Shown: piece by piece, positions 1 through 9,293 of the stretch
Layout of the letters: each line of letters opens with the position of its first letter
How positions within the stretch are numbered: the stretch's first letter is position 1
Assembly: GCA_963662405.2 (NCBI GenBank)
Contig: CAXXKT010000002.1
Location: forward strand, 224,001 to 288,000
DNA from: Syntrophales bacterium
GTDB taxonomy: Bacteria > Desulfobacterota > Syntrophia > Syntrophales > UBA2210
Reading direction: 5' to 3'
Length of the DNA stretch: 64,000 nucleotides
Position numbers and translations under genes: made by a program
Notes under the pieces: model-generated
What the model was told of the DNA's origin: nothing
The model's input: only the letters and a program-made list of their open reading frames with translations
Databases searched by the model: none

Positions 1-452
1 TTCGGATTGGTCCGATAGAATCGCTCCCGCAGTGCATCCATGCCCGCTTCGTTCAGTTCCTCACGCAACGCCTGATTTTCGGGAACCGCGAGCATGACAT
101 ACCCCCGGACGACGGATTCGACATATAACCCCGTCCCCCCCACCATGATCGGCATGATTCCCCGCTCTCTGAGTCGGGAAAAGCAACGGTAGAAGCATTG
201 CTGGTACTCGAAAAGATTGAACTCATACCCGGGATCAACGATATCAATCAGGTGACAGGGGACCGTGACACCGTCCACATCAAATTCATCGAGGTCCTTT
301 CCCGTCCCTAGGTCCATGCCCCGGTACACCTGGCGAGAATCGGCGGAGATTACTTCAGAGCACCGATCCCGCGCCAACCGGGCGGCGATCCGCGTCTTGC
401 CGCTCGCCGTTGGTCCCAGGATCACAATCAGGTTATATCCTTTTTGTCTCAT
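1..452 (-). CDS. miaA: tRNA dimethylallyltransferase (5' part; runs off the window start)
   Basis: Not in the ORF track. Manual translation from ATG at 452 gives MRQKGYNLIVILGPTASGKTRIAARLARDRCSEVISADSRQVYRGMDLGTGK, containing the MiaA P-loop and the DSRQVYRGMD motif. Confidence 0.93.
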   Translation of the reverse strand, partial: MRQKGYNLIVILGPTASGKTRIAARLARDRCSEVISADSRQVYRGMDLGTGKDLDEFDVDGVTVPCHLIDIVDPGYEFNLFEYQQCFYRCFSRLRERGIMPIMVGGTGLYVESVVRGYVMLAVPENQALREELNEAGMDALRERFYRTNP

Positions 453-528
453 CTGTTTACGAAATATTTTTTTTGGTGTAAGACTCCGTCAGAATCATCT
501 GAAAAGAAACCCGGGCGACCTTAGCACG

Positions 529-540
529 TTTGATATCAAA
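529..540. promoter_or_regulatory. Perfect 12-bp palindrome TTTGATATCAAA, candidate repressor operator
   Basis: Palindrome in the divergent miaA/MATE intergenic region, ~40 nt before the MATE start. Confidence 0.35.
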
Positions 541-578
541 GGTAATTCAATCAACTGAAAGCTGTTGTTACATATCAT

Positions 579-1937
579 ATGAAACCGGATAAAGAAACAA
601 GACACCTCGACCTGGGAACGGCGCCTATCGGATACCTCCTCCTGCGGATGAGCCTCCCCTCCATCGTGGCCATGCTTATCATGGCCCTGTACAACGTGGT
701 GGACACCTTCTGGATCGGCAAGATAAGTCCGGAGGCCATCGCCGCCCTTACCATCTGTTTTCCCATTCAGATGTTGTTCGGAGCGATCGGTGTCGGAACG
801 GGCATAGGTGCCGGGTCGTTCACCGCCCGTATGTTCGGCGCGGGAGAGGTCACAAAAGCAAATCGGGTGGCGGGACAGATCATCTTCCTCGCCGCCCTGT
901 TCGGTATCATGACCATCGTTCTGAGCGGGAGTGGTGCGGAACCAACCCTGAGATTCTTTGGTGCGACGGAGCGCATCCTCCCCCTCTCGAAGGGATATTT
1001 CGGCTTTATCGTCTTCGGCGCCCCCTTTCTCTTCTTCATGATGATGTCCGACTTTCTCTTCCGTGCCGAGGGGAACCCGAATATGCCCATGTTCGTCATT
1101 ACCACTTCGGCATTGCTCAATGCGGTCCTTGATCCTTTCCTGATCTTCGGGTGGGGTCCTTTCCCCGAAATGGGTGTCCGGGGGGCGGGACTCGCCACGG
1201 CAATCGCCCAGTTTTCGACATCCTTTCTGTCTCTTTATTTCCTGCTGTCACGCCGTTCCGGGTACCGGATACACCCGGGCGATCTGATTCCCCGCTGGTC
1301 GATCATTGTATCCATCTATCATGTCGGTATCCCAACCCTCATTACCCATATCGCCCTGAGTGCGGTGTTGATACTCTATAACCATCGTTTAGCCGGTTTC
1401 GGTCACCTGGCAGTCGCTTCTCTGGGGCTGGGATTCAGGATCAACGGGGTTCTGATGATGATTCTCTTCGGCATCGGCGACGGGGTGATGCCGATAACAG
1501 GTTTTAATTACGGGGCACGTACCTATGACCGTATCGGCGAAGTCAAGCGGGTGGCAACCATCGCTTCGACCGTTATAGGCGGGGCAGCCACTCTCCTGAT
1601 CGAACTATGGGCCCGTCCGCTCCTGATGATCTTTACCACCGACTCCGAACTCCTCGCCATCGCCGTCCCCGCACTCAGGATCTTTGTCGCGACACAGTTC
1701 CTCATCGGACCGGTAGTCACGTCGATCAACATCTTCACGGGTCTGGGGAAAGGGGTCACCTCCATGATATTGCTGGTCGGCCATCAGCTCCTCTTCGTCG
1801 CTCCGTTGATCTACGTCCTGCCTCTATGGTGCGGTCTGCGCGGCGTATGGATGGCTCAACCGATCTCCAACATCATATCGTTCGCCATCATATCATTCTG
1901 GGCAACAAGGGTGCTGCACGGTTTGAAGGAACGGTAA
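579..1937 (+). CDS. MATE family efflux transporter
   Basis: 452 aa, ~12 hydrophobic helices; motifs LYNVVDTFWIG, NAVLDPFLIFG..MGVRGAGLAT and GFNYGA. Confidence 0.92.
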   Translation: MKPDKETRHLDLGTAPIGYLLLRMSLPSIVAMLIMALYNVVDTFWIGKISPEAIAALTICFPIQMLFGAIGVGTGIGAGSFTARMFGAGEVTKANRVAGQIIFLAALFGIMTIVLSGSGAEPTLRFFGATERILPLSKGYFGFIVFGAPFLFFMMMSDFLFRAEGNPNMPMFVITTSALLNAVLDPFLIFGWGPFPEMGVRGAGLATAIAQFSTSFLSLYFLLSRRSGYRIHPGDLIPRWSIIVSIYHVGIPTLITHIALSAVLILYNHRLAGFGHLAVASLGLGFRINGVLMMILFGIGDGVMPITGFNYGARTYDRIGEVKRVATIASTVIGGAATLLIELWARPLLMIFTTDSELLAIAVPALRIFVATQFLIGPVVTSINIFTGLGKGVTSMILLVGHQLLFVAPLIYVLPLWCGLRGVWMAQPISNIISFAIISFWATRVLHGLKER

Positions 1938-1942
1938 TCGAT

Positions 1943-2545
1943 CTACCCTTCCCGGAACAGCTCGTAAAATTTGATGACCTTTCGAACATAATCCTTCGTC
2001 TCCGGGAACGGGGGGATTCCCTCAGAGCGTTCGACACTCTCGACGCCGGCATTGTAGGCCGCAAGGGCCAGGCGGATATCGCCGCGAAACCGATCCAGAA
2101 GCCGGCGCAGATGGAGCGCCCCTCCCATGATACTCTCTCGCGGATCAAAGGGATCTCGGATACCGAGGGGTTGAAAGTTGGAAGGCATGATCTGCATGAG
2201 CCCCTTGGCTCCCTTTTTCGATACGGCCTGCGGATCAAAATCGGATTCGGTCTTTATCACCGCCTTCAAGAGCGGCATGGAAAGGTCATACTTCCGGGAG
2301 GCCTCCCGTATATGCTCGTCGTACCGATCCGTCGAATACGATACGGAAAACGGTTTCCTCTCCCGGATAATGACGCGGTAGTTCGATGTTCGGGGGATCA
2401 TATTGGTGAAGCAGCGGTTGCCTTCCTCGTCCACATACAGGTAGACATCCGCGTGGAGCGGTTCAGCCGCTGATACGAGCAATATTGTGATGAATACGAG
2501 GTACCATACGGTTCTGCGGCTCCAAGGTGCCATTGCTGTGAGCAT
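1943..2545 (-). CDS. Lytic transglycosylase (SLT domain) with signal peptide
   Basis: Motifs IKTESDFDPQAVSKKGAKGLMQIMP, ALAAYNAG and GIPPFPETKDYV. Confidence 0.92.
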   Translation of the reverse strand: MLTAMAPWSRRTVWYLVFITILLVSAAEPLHADVYLYVDEEGNRCFTNMIPRTSNYRVIIRERKPFSVSYSTDRYDEHIREASRKYDLSMPLLKAVIKTESDFDPQAVSKKGAKGLMQIMPSNFQPLGIRDPFDPRESIMGGALHLRRLLDRFRGDIRLALAAYNAGVESVERSEGIPPFPETKDYVRKVIKFYELFREG

Positions 2546-2580
2546 CCCCCCCCCCGTTCAGTACCGAGACCGCCGGTAAA

Positions 2581-3822
2581 TCAGTCCAGCAGATGAACAA
2601 ACATGCCGCTCCTGAGCTTCGGCTCAAACCAAGTGGATTTCGGGGGCATGATCTCCCCCCTGTCCGCGATCCGCATGATCTGATCCATGGTCGTGGGGTA
2701 AAGCGAAAAGGCCACGGCATAGGCGCCCGAATCGACCAATCGCTCCAGCTCGTGCATCCCCCGTATCCCTCCGACAAAGGTAATTCTCTCGTCGGTCCTC
2801 GGATCTCCGATGCCCAAAATGGGTCTCAGGAGATTATCCTGGAGCAGGGAAACGTCCAGAGCCGCAACCGGATCTTCCGGATCGCCCGCCCCCTCTTTCA
2901 TCTGCAGTCTGTACCACTTCCCCTTAAGGTACATCCCGAATTCTCCCTTCCGCTCAGGAGAGCGGCGACTGAAATCGCCTGAAACATCGAAACGCTCACG
3001 AACTTTTGTGATAAATGCTTCTTCATCGCTCCCGCCCAGGTCTCTGACCACCCGGTTGTAGTCCATGATCTTGAGCTGATCGTCGGGGAAAATAACGGCC
3101 ATGATCCGGTTGTACTCCTCCGTCCCATCATGATCCGGGTTCGCATCCCTGCGCATCCGGGCTACGGTGGCGGCAGCGGCCATCCGATGATGCCCGTCGG
3201 CGATATAAAGTGAATCGAGGTGTCCAAACTCTTTTTCGATCTTCGTAATGGATGCGTCATCACCCACAATCCATACGGTATGGGCGATTCCATCGTCTGC
3301 GGTAAAGTCATACTCAGGCTTGCCGGAGGTGATTTCCCGAATCAGACCGTCAATCATACGTGAAGCACGGTAGGTCAGGTAGATGGGACCTGTCTGGGCA
3401 TCCACCCGGTCAATGTGCCGTGTGCGGTCTGCTTCTTTATCATTCCGTGTCAGTTCATGACGCTTGATCATCCCTGATTCGTAATCAGACGCATTAACAC
3501 ACCCGACTAACCCGTACTGGACATGATAACCCATCGCCTGCCTATAGATATAGAAAGAAGCCTTCTCATCCTGAAAAAGGGTCCCATCGCACAGAAAGGC
3601 ATCCAGGTTCTCTTGGGCTCGTGCGTATACCTCTTCACAATCGGAGACGATATCGTCCGGCAAGTCCACCTCCGATTTTACGATATGTAAGAAGCTCTTT
3701 GCGTTCTCACGCGTGAGAATCCTCGCCTCACGAGAGTCGATCACATCATAGGGGTAGGATGCAACATCCTTCACATCTTGTCTTTGGGGCCGTACGGCCC
3801 TGAAGGGCTTTACCGCAACCAT
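2581..3822 (-). CDS. DUF1015 family protein
   Basis: Motifs VKPFRAVRP, PYDVI, IKRHELT, YIADGHHR and MPPKSTWFEPKLRSG. Start placed at MVAVK, which has a GGAG RBS. Confidence 0.85.
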   Translation of the reverse strand: MVAVKPFRAVRPQRQDVKDVASYPYDVIDSREARILTRENAKSFLHIVKSEVDLPDDIVSDCEEVYARAQENLDAFLCDGTLFQDEKASFYIYRQAMGYHVQYGLVGCVNASDYESGMIKRHELTRNDKEADRTRHIDRVDAQTGPIYLTYRASRMIDGLIREITSGKPEYDFTADDGIAHTVWIVGDDASITKIEKEFGHLDSLYIADGHHRMAAAATVARMRRDANPDHDGTEEYNRIMAVIFPDDQLKIMDYNRVVRDLGGSDEEAFITKVRERFDVSGDFSRRSPERKGEFGMYLKGKWYRLQMKEGAGDPEDPVAALDVSLLQDNLLRPILGIGDPRTDERITFVGGIRGMHELERLVDSGAYAVAFSLYPTTMDQIMRIADRGEIMPPKSTWFEPKLRSGMFVHLLD

Positions 3823-3968
3823 CGAAATTACTCCACTCAGTTTGGGCACCTTCTAGCACAGTCGGTATCTTCAAGCAATAAAATCCGACGACCACCGCTG
3901 TCTCCTTGCAAATTTTTCAATTGGATAGTAAGAACCGCTACAAAACGCCACGAAATAGAGGATTCGGC

Positions 3969-4445
3969 ATGACAACCAGGGTCTTTGTGCACGGTCTCGA
4001 GGGGAGTAGTCAGGGGACAAAATCACAGTTCTTCAGAAAACGATACCCGGACATGATCATAGAGGATTACACGGGGGGGATCGAAGAACGCATGGAAAAG
4101 CTGCGCCGTGTACTCACCGGCGTGAAGGACCTGATACTGGTCGGTTCCAGCTATGGAGGTCTGATGGCGACCATGTACGCCTGCGATCACGAGGCGCAAA
4201 CCCGGAGGGTAATACTCCTGGCGCCCGCCCTCAACCTGGAGGAATTCAGGCCATACCTGAACCAAGCGGTTGGAATTCCCGTCACACTGTATCACGGCAG
4301 CCGGGATAATATCGTCCCCGTGGGAGAGGTTCGCGAAATCGCGTCTCGTGTCTTTACGGATCTGACTCACCACGTCGTGGACGACGATCATCCCCTCAGT
4401 GAGACATTTCCTACTTTTGACTGGGACACGTTGCTTGCCGATTAA
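3969..4445 (+). CDS. Small alpha/beta hydrolase (YqiA-like esterase)
   Basis: Motifs HGLEGS, GSSYGG nucleophile elbow, HGSRDNIVP and DDDH. ATG at 3969 with GAGG upstream. Confidence 0.85.
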   Translation: MTTRVFVHGLEGSSQGTKSQFFRKRYPDMIIEDYTGGIEERMEKLRRVLTGVKDLILVGSSYGGLMATMYACDHEAQTRRVILLAPALNLEEFRPYLNQAVGIPVTLYHGSRDNIVPVGEVREIASRVFTDLTHHVVDDDHPLSETFPTFDWDTLLAD

Positions 4446-4499
4446 GGCCTTGACTCTTCAGTAAGATTAGGATAACCGAACCTATCGGAGAAACACACT

Positions 4500-4910
4500 A
4501 TGTATTCAAAAAAGATAGTCATTCGCTACGGGGCTCAGATTGTAGACAAGCCCGTGGTATACAGCCTGGTCAAAGACTACGATCTCGCCTTCAACATTAT
4601 GAGGGCGCGGATATCCCCGCGGAGGGAGGGGGTCATGGTCCTCGACCTGACCGGGACAAAGAAGAATTTCGACCGGGCCATACGGTACCTCAGGGAACTG
4701 GGACTCACGGTCGAGCCTCTCTCAAAGAGCGTGACCCGTAATACCGACCGGTGTGTGCATTGCGGGGCATGTCTGGCATTCTGCTCCACCAACGCCCTCT
4801 CCATCGATAGAGATACGATGGAAGTCCTCTTCGACCCTGAAAAATGTAATGGCTGTGAACTGTGCGTCAAGGCCTGCCCCGCGCGGGCGATGGCGACCGA
4901 CCTGTTGTAA
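4500..4910 (+). CDS. NIL-domain / 2x[4Fe-4S] ferredoxin protein
   Basis: N-terminal NIL-like domain (FNIMRARI) plus CVHCGACLAFC and CNGCELCVKACP motifs. Confidence 0.85.
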   Translation: MYSKKIVIRYGAQIVDKPVVYSLVKDYDLAFNIMRARISPRREGVMVLDLTGTKKNFDRAIRYLRELGLTVEPLSKSVTRNTDRCVHCGACLAFCSTNALSIDRDTMEVLFDPEKCNGCELCVKACPARAMATDLL

Positions 4911-4942
4911 ATCATCTCCCGTCCGCCCTGTGATACAAAGCT

Positions 4943-5269
4943 CTATCTCTGTTCTGCGGTGTCTCTCTTCTCCTTGATCGTTTCACCCACCTTCTCAACG
5001 ACGTCTTTTCCCGCCTCGATGATCCGCTCGCGCTGATCTCCTATCTTATCGACCACCTCTCGGACAGTCTCAGGAAATCTTTCAGGTTCGCCGCTGTAGT
5101 GATAGTATCCATAGCCAAAAACGATACCGATGACCAGCAGGACAAGGATGGTGACCAGGATAAATTGCACCATCTTTCTGATCACGAAATAGATCAGTAC
5201 CAAAGCGATGGCAGCCAGGACAACAAGGACTACCGGATGGGCTGACAAATAGGCAACAAGATCATCCAT
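4943..5269 (-). CDS. Small membrane protein, unknown function
   Basis: Two hydrophobic helices followed by a charged tail; GGAGG RBS. Confidence 0.7.
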   Translation of the reverse strand: MDDLVAYLSAHPVVLVVLAAIALVLIYFVIRKMVQFILVTILVLLVIGIVFGYGYYHYSGEPERFPETVREVVDKIGDQRERIIEAGKDVVEKVGETIKEKRDTAEQR

Positions 5270-5302
5270 AACACAACCTCCTGTCTTCCGTACATTTTAA
5301 GG

Positions 5303-5590
5303 TTACGGTGCATCAACCCACTTTTTCAGGATCTCGATGATCTTCACCGCCTGATCCTCACTCGATATATTGAATTTGCTCTGCTGCCGGTACTCACCGT
5401 TGATCTTGCGATACCGCCTGATGGTGAAACGCGGTGGTCCGTACTCCCCCTTGGCGCGGTTCCAGTCCTGGTATCTGAACAGCAGCGTCGCCCACGCCCC
5501 CTTCGAAAGGACCTCCTTATCCAACTCTTTAACAACAACCGTACCGTCCTCTTCATATTGGACCGTAAGCCCACTCACATCTGAAGCCAT
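5303..5590 (-). CDS. Hypothetical protein (95 aa)
   Basis: AAGGA RBS, protein-like composition, co-oriented with neighbours. Confidence 0.75.
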   Translation of the reverse strand: MASDVSGLTVQYEEDGTVVVKELDKEVLSKGAWATLLFRYQDWNRAKGEYGPPRFTIRRYRKINGEYRQQSKFNISSEDQAVKIIEILKKWVDAP

Positions 5591-5601
5591 ACATCATCCT
5601 T

Positions 5602-6459
5602 TCATGGTGCAGAAATTTTTTCCATTTGTTCAACGATCAGATCCCCCATCCGTTCACTATGGGTCTCCCGGTTGCTTGAGAGCATTTCCATCTTGGCACG
5701 GGGGATGAGATCGGCCATTCGGTGTATCATATCCAGGCCATGCAGTGTATCGGTCCTGGCGCCTATGATCACTACCGGAGAAGAAATATCCGGCAATCTG
5801 TTCCACGCCTTGTAGTCCTTTATCGCAAATGCGTTCGCCTTCAAACGCCTCGGGTCGGCTGCGTCCAGTGTTCCTTCATACTTTTTCACCTGTTCCGGCT
5901 CCCTCCGTTTGTCCAGCCGGACGTTGCGCAGGTACCATTTCAGGAAAGGTTTGATCACGGAATACAGCGACGGCGGCACCGGTCGGAGAAGGAGGGGAAG
6001 CCAGAATGGATATGTCAACTCTCCGATGGGCGCTATCAGGATGGAACGTTCGGGCTGCCTTCGAGAATCGCTCAGATAGTCCAGGATAACGGTCGCGCCC
6101 AATGAAGATCCCACAAGACAGAACCTCTTGTCAAGCGGCACTTTTGTATCAACGATCTCAAAGAGGTCCCGGCTCATACGGGGCATTGAAAAATCGACCC
6201 GCGCAGGGCTTCGGGCAAGAACGGCGCTGACTTTTTCCCGGGTCTCAACATAGAGCGTCCGATACCGGGGGACAACCCTCCGCAACACCTCCCGCCATCC
6301 GTCAAGTTGTGATATCCAGCCGGCGACGAAGATGATCATCGGCCTCTCCGGCACATCACAGGCAGGAATAAAATCGATCATCCTGAGGGTAACACCATCG
6401 GACGTGACAATATGATCCACTTCCGAACTGACGGATGAGTTGATATCCCGGTACGCCAT
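5602..6459 (-). CDS. Alpha/beta hydrolase
   Basis: GSSLG elbow, FVAGW oxyanion region and C-terminal His; AGGAGG RBS. Confidence 0.8.
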   Translation of the reverse strand: MAYRDINSSVSSEVDHIVTSDGVTLRMIDFIPACDVPERPMIIFVAGWISQLDGWREVLRRVVPRYRTLYVETREKVSAVLARSPARVDFSMPRMSRDLFEIVDTKVPLDKRFCLVGSSLGATVILDYLSDSRRQPERSILIAPIGELTYPFWLPLLLRPVPPSLYSVIKPFLKWYLRNVRLDKRREPEQVKKYEGTLDAADPRRLKANAFAIKDYKAWNRLPDISSPVVIIGARTDTLHGLDMIHRMADLIPRAKMEMLSSNRETHSERMGDLIVEQMEKISAP

Positions 6460-6599
6460 ACCCCTCCTTTTGTGGCGAAATCGTAGTTCGATTTTCTACC
6501 GCAATCTCTTCTTCGATTCAACCCCTATTACACCTCATCTCCGGTATAACCGGTCTTCCCACATTTTTTCGTTGACATCTTCCGTCCCTTTCAGATACA

Positions 6600-6770
6600 C
6601 AGCGATGCGGATGCCATATTTCAACATACACTGATGGAAGCGAGGAAGCCGGTGTGAATCCGGCGCTGCCCCGCAGCCGTAACGGGAACGAAACCCCATG
6701 ATGCCACTGTCCCGGTCGGGATGGGAAGGCGGGTAAGTAGGATGCCCGAAGCCGGAATACTGCTCCAATC
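6600..6770 (+). ncRNA. Cobalamin riboswitch 1
   Basis: Core GGAAGCCGGTGTGAATCCGGCGCTGCCCCGCAGCCGTAA ... GCCACTG..GGGAAGGC ... AAGCCGGAATAC. A TTGACA promoter element lies at 6572. Confidence 0.88.
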
Positions 6771-6959
6771 AGAATCCTCGCGGGAGGGATATCATATGAA
6801 GTTTCCATTATTGCCATCATAAAACCGTAGCCTCTTACCCGATCGTCGCACCTGCCTTTTTCGTGATGCACGTTGCGCCTTCCTCCGTTTCAAAGCGGGT
6901 ACATGACGTGAAGCACTGATCCATGTCCTCAAAAGAAGGCGTCAGGCGGGCAAGAGGTC

Positions 6960-7160
6960 GTTCAGGGGTATTTTCACCGCAGTGGCGGGTGATACACACC
7001 CAGGTATGAAAGCGTTCGTCGGCACAAGGAAGCCGGTGCAAATCCGGCGCTGCCCCGCAACTGTCAGCGGCACGAAATCCACAGAAAAGCCACTGTTCCG
7101 ATGCCTCGGAATGGGAAGGCGTGGAGAGTAGGCCTATCCGCGAGCCAGGAGACTTTGCGA
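6960..7160 (+). ncRNA. Cobalamin riboswitch 2
   Basis: Core AGGGAAGCCGGTGCAAATCCGGCGCTGCCCCGCAACTGT ... GCCACTG..GGGAAGGC ... GAGCCAGGAGAC, upstream of btuB. Confidence 0.92.
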
Positions 7161-7306
7161 CGGACATGGACCAATCCGAACCGAGGGGAAAGGAGGTTAT
7201 CATGAAGCACGACAGGATCCATGGCCCGCCCACATGAACAGGGAATCGTCCGGTGCCAATCAATTCAAAGCAACAACAACGCACGTATCGTATGGAGGAA
7301 TCGAAG

Positions 7307-9190
7307 ATGAAACACAGAAGATCAGGAATTACCTGTTTTGCGGCCGCCCTCAGCGCATATGTCTTTTTGGTGGCGCCTGCCCCGGTGCCCGCTGTCACGT
7401 TGGAAGAAACCGTTGTAACGGCAAGCAGGATCGAGGAAGAAATTACCCATGCTCCCGACTCTGTCACCGTCATTACCGCAGAGGAAATGGAACGGAAAGG
7501 CCAACAAACCGTTATAGAGGCCCTCCGGGATGTCCCCGGGATCTTTATCCCCCAAAACGGCTCTTTCGGCTCTTCAAGCATCTATACGCGGGGAACCGGG
7601 AATGCCCACACGCTGATCATGATCGACGGCGTCCGTGTGGGCGACCCGATGGCGACAGATGGCAAGTTCAGCATTGCCGATCTGTCCACCGACAATATCG
7701 AAAAGATTGAAATCGTGCGAGGCGCCCAGAGCGTCCTGTACGGTTCCGATGCCATCGGCGGCGTGATCAATATCATCACAAAGAAAGGGAAAGGGAAACC
7801 ACAATTCACCCTGTCCTCGGAGGCCGGTTCCTTCGAAAGCTTCCGAGAGAAGATCGGTGTCAGTGGTTCGACGGACCGCATGAACTACGCCGCATCGGTT
7901 GAACGGTTCGACACCCGGGGCGTATCGAAGGCCGATGACGATCTGCCCGGTGTCAACGAGGAAGATTATTACAGTAATACCAGTATGTCCGCCCGGGTGA
8001 GCGGTGACCTCTCCGATACGATATCGATGGGTTTCACGGTGCGTCACAACGAATCGGAGCTGGATTATGATACCACCGACTGGATGACCGGTCGTGCAAC
8101 CGACGCCGACGAGGTACAGGAAACAACGATAACCAGCATGTCGACCCATTTCGATCAGGACCTGAACGACTGGTGGCAACACACGATCAAGCTCGGTATG
8201 ACGGATGTCGAACGCGAGTACACGACCGACGGCAGTTTTAACAATGCGTATAACGGGACAAGCCGCCAGGCTTCATGGCAACACAACTTTTTCATCGGCT
8301 CCGTCGATACGGTCAGCGCGGGGTTCGATTACGAGGAAGAAGAAGGGGATCTCCAGGATCCCACCTGGGGCAACATACCGAACAAATCCACAAACACGAA
8401 GAGCCTTTTTATCCAGAACAAATTGACCCCCGTACCGGGATTGTCCATTACCCTCGGGTATCGGGCGATCGATCATCAGACCTTCGGGAGCGAAGACACC
8501 TACAAGGGGGCGATCGCCTACGTCTTCGAAGAAACAGGGACGAAACTCCGGGGGAGCTACGGGACCGGCTTCCATGCACCGTCGCTCTACCAGTTGTATT
8601 CCAGCTATGGGAGCACATCACTGAAACCGGAGAAAAGCATCGGCTACGATATCGGTATTGAGCAACCGTTTCTGAACGACAGGGCCCGGGTATCGTTGAC
8701 CTATTTTAATAATGAGATCGATGAGTTGATCGATTTCAACATGACGACATGGACATACTATAATCTCGGCGAAGTCCGGACGGAAGGGTGGGAAACGACC
8801 CTGTCGGTCGCACCGGCGTCGTGGGTATCGATCAACATCGCCTATACCTATACCGAGGCGACGGATGAGACTCCGGGTAGTCCGAACAAGGGGAACACGC
8901 TCCTTTACCGCCCCGAACATGCGGGGAGCGCATCGGTGAATATCTGCCCTCTGGACGGCCTGAATGTCAATCTCAATGCGCAATACACAGGGAAGCGGTA
9001 CCGTGATGCGAGTAACGACAACGAAATGTCCGCTTACACCATCATCAACCTCGCGGCCTCTTACGAAGTGACCACGTGGCTCGAGATATTCGGCCGCATA
9101 GAGAATTTCACCGACAAAAACTATCAATCGGTCTATGACTACGGCGAACCCGGCATCGGTTGTTTCGGGGGCCTAAAGCTGACCTATTAA
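7307..9190 (+). CDS. btuB: TonB-dependent cobalamin receptor
   Basis: Signal peptide, TonB box (ETVVTASR), plug motif IEIVRGAQSVLYGSDAIGGVINIIT, C-terminal aromatic residue; under a cobalamin riboswitch. GGAGG RBS before ATG 7307. Confidence 0.9.
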   Translation: MKHRRSGITCFAAALSAYVFLVAPAPVPAVTLEETVVTASRIEEEITHAPDSVTVITAEEMERKGQQTVIEALRDVPGIFIPQNGSFGSSSIYTRGTGNAHTLIMIDGVRVGDPMATDGKFSIADLSTDNIEKIEIVRGAQSVLYGSDAIGGVINIITKKGKGKPQFTLSSEAGSFESFREKIGVSGSTDRMNYAASVERFDTRGVSKADDDLPGVNEEDYYSNTSMSARVSGDLSDTISMGFTVRHNESELDYDTTDWMTGRATDADEVQETTITSMSTHFDQDLNDWWQHTIKLGMTDVEREYTTDGSFNNAYNGTSRQASWQHNFFIGSVDTVSAGFDYEEEEGDLQDPTWGNIPNKSTNTKSLFIQNKLTPVPGLSITLGYRAIDHQTFGSEDTYKGAIAYVFEETGTKLRGSYGTGFHAPSLYQLYSSYGSTSLKPEKSIGYDIGIEQPFLNDRARVSLTYFNNEIDELIDFNMTTWTYYNLGEVRTEGWETTLSVAPASWVSINIAYTYTEATDETPGSPNKGNTLLYRPEHAGSASVNICPLDGLNVNLNAQYTGKRYRDASNDNEMSAYTIINLAASYEVTTWLEIFGRIENFTDKNYQSVYDYGEPGIGCFGGLKLTY

Positions 9191-9191
9191 T

Positions 9192-9238
9192 CGCTTCAGC
9201 GGGGGTGAGGACCCATCCCCTCCCCCCCCGCGGAAGCG
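9192..9238 (+). terminator. GC-rich stem-loop after btuB (mRNA stabiliser or partial terminator)
   Basis: CGCTTC.GCGGGGG ... CCCCCGC.GAAGCG inverted repeat with no strong U tail. Confidence 0.45.
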
Positions 9239-9293
9239 GGAAGATACCGGAGGCGGGCACGGCGAATTGCACCGATGGCCCACGGGGCGAAAG

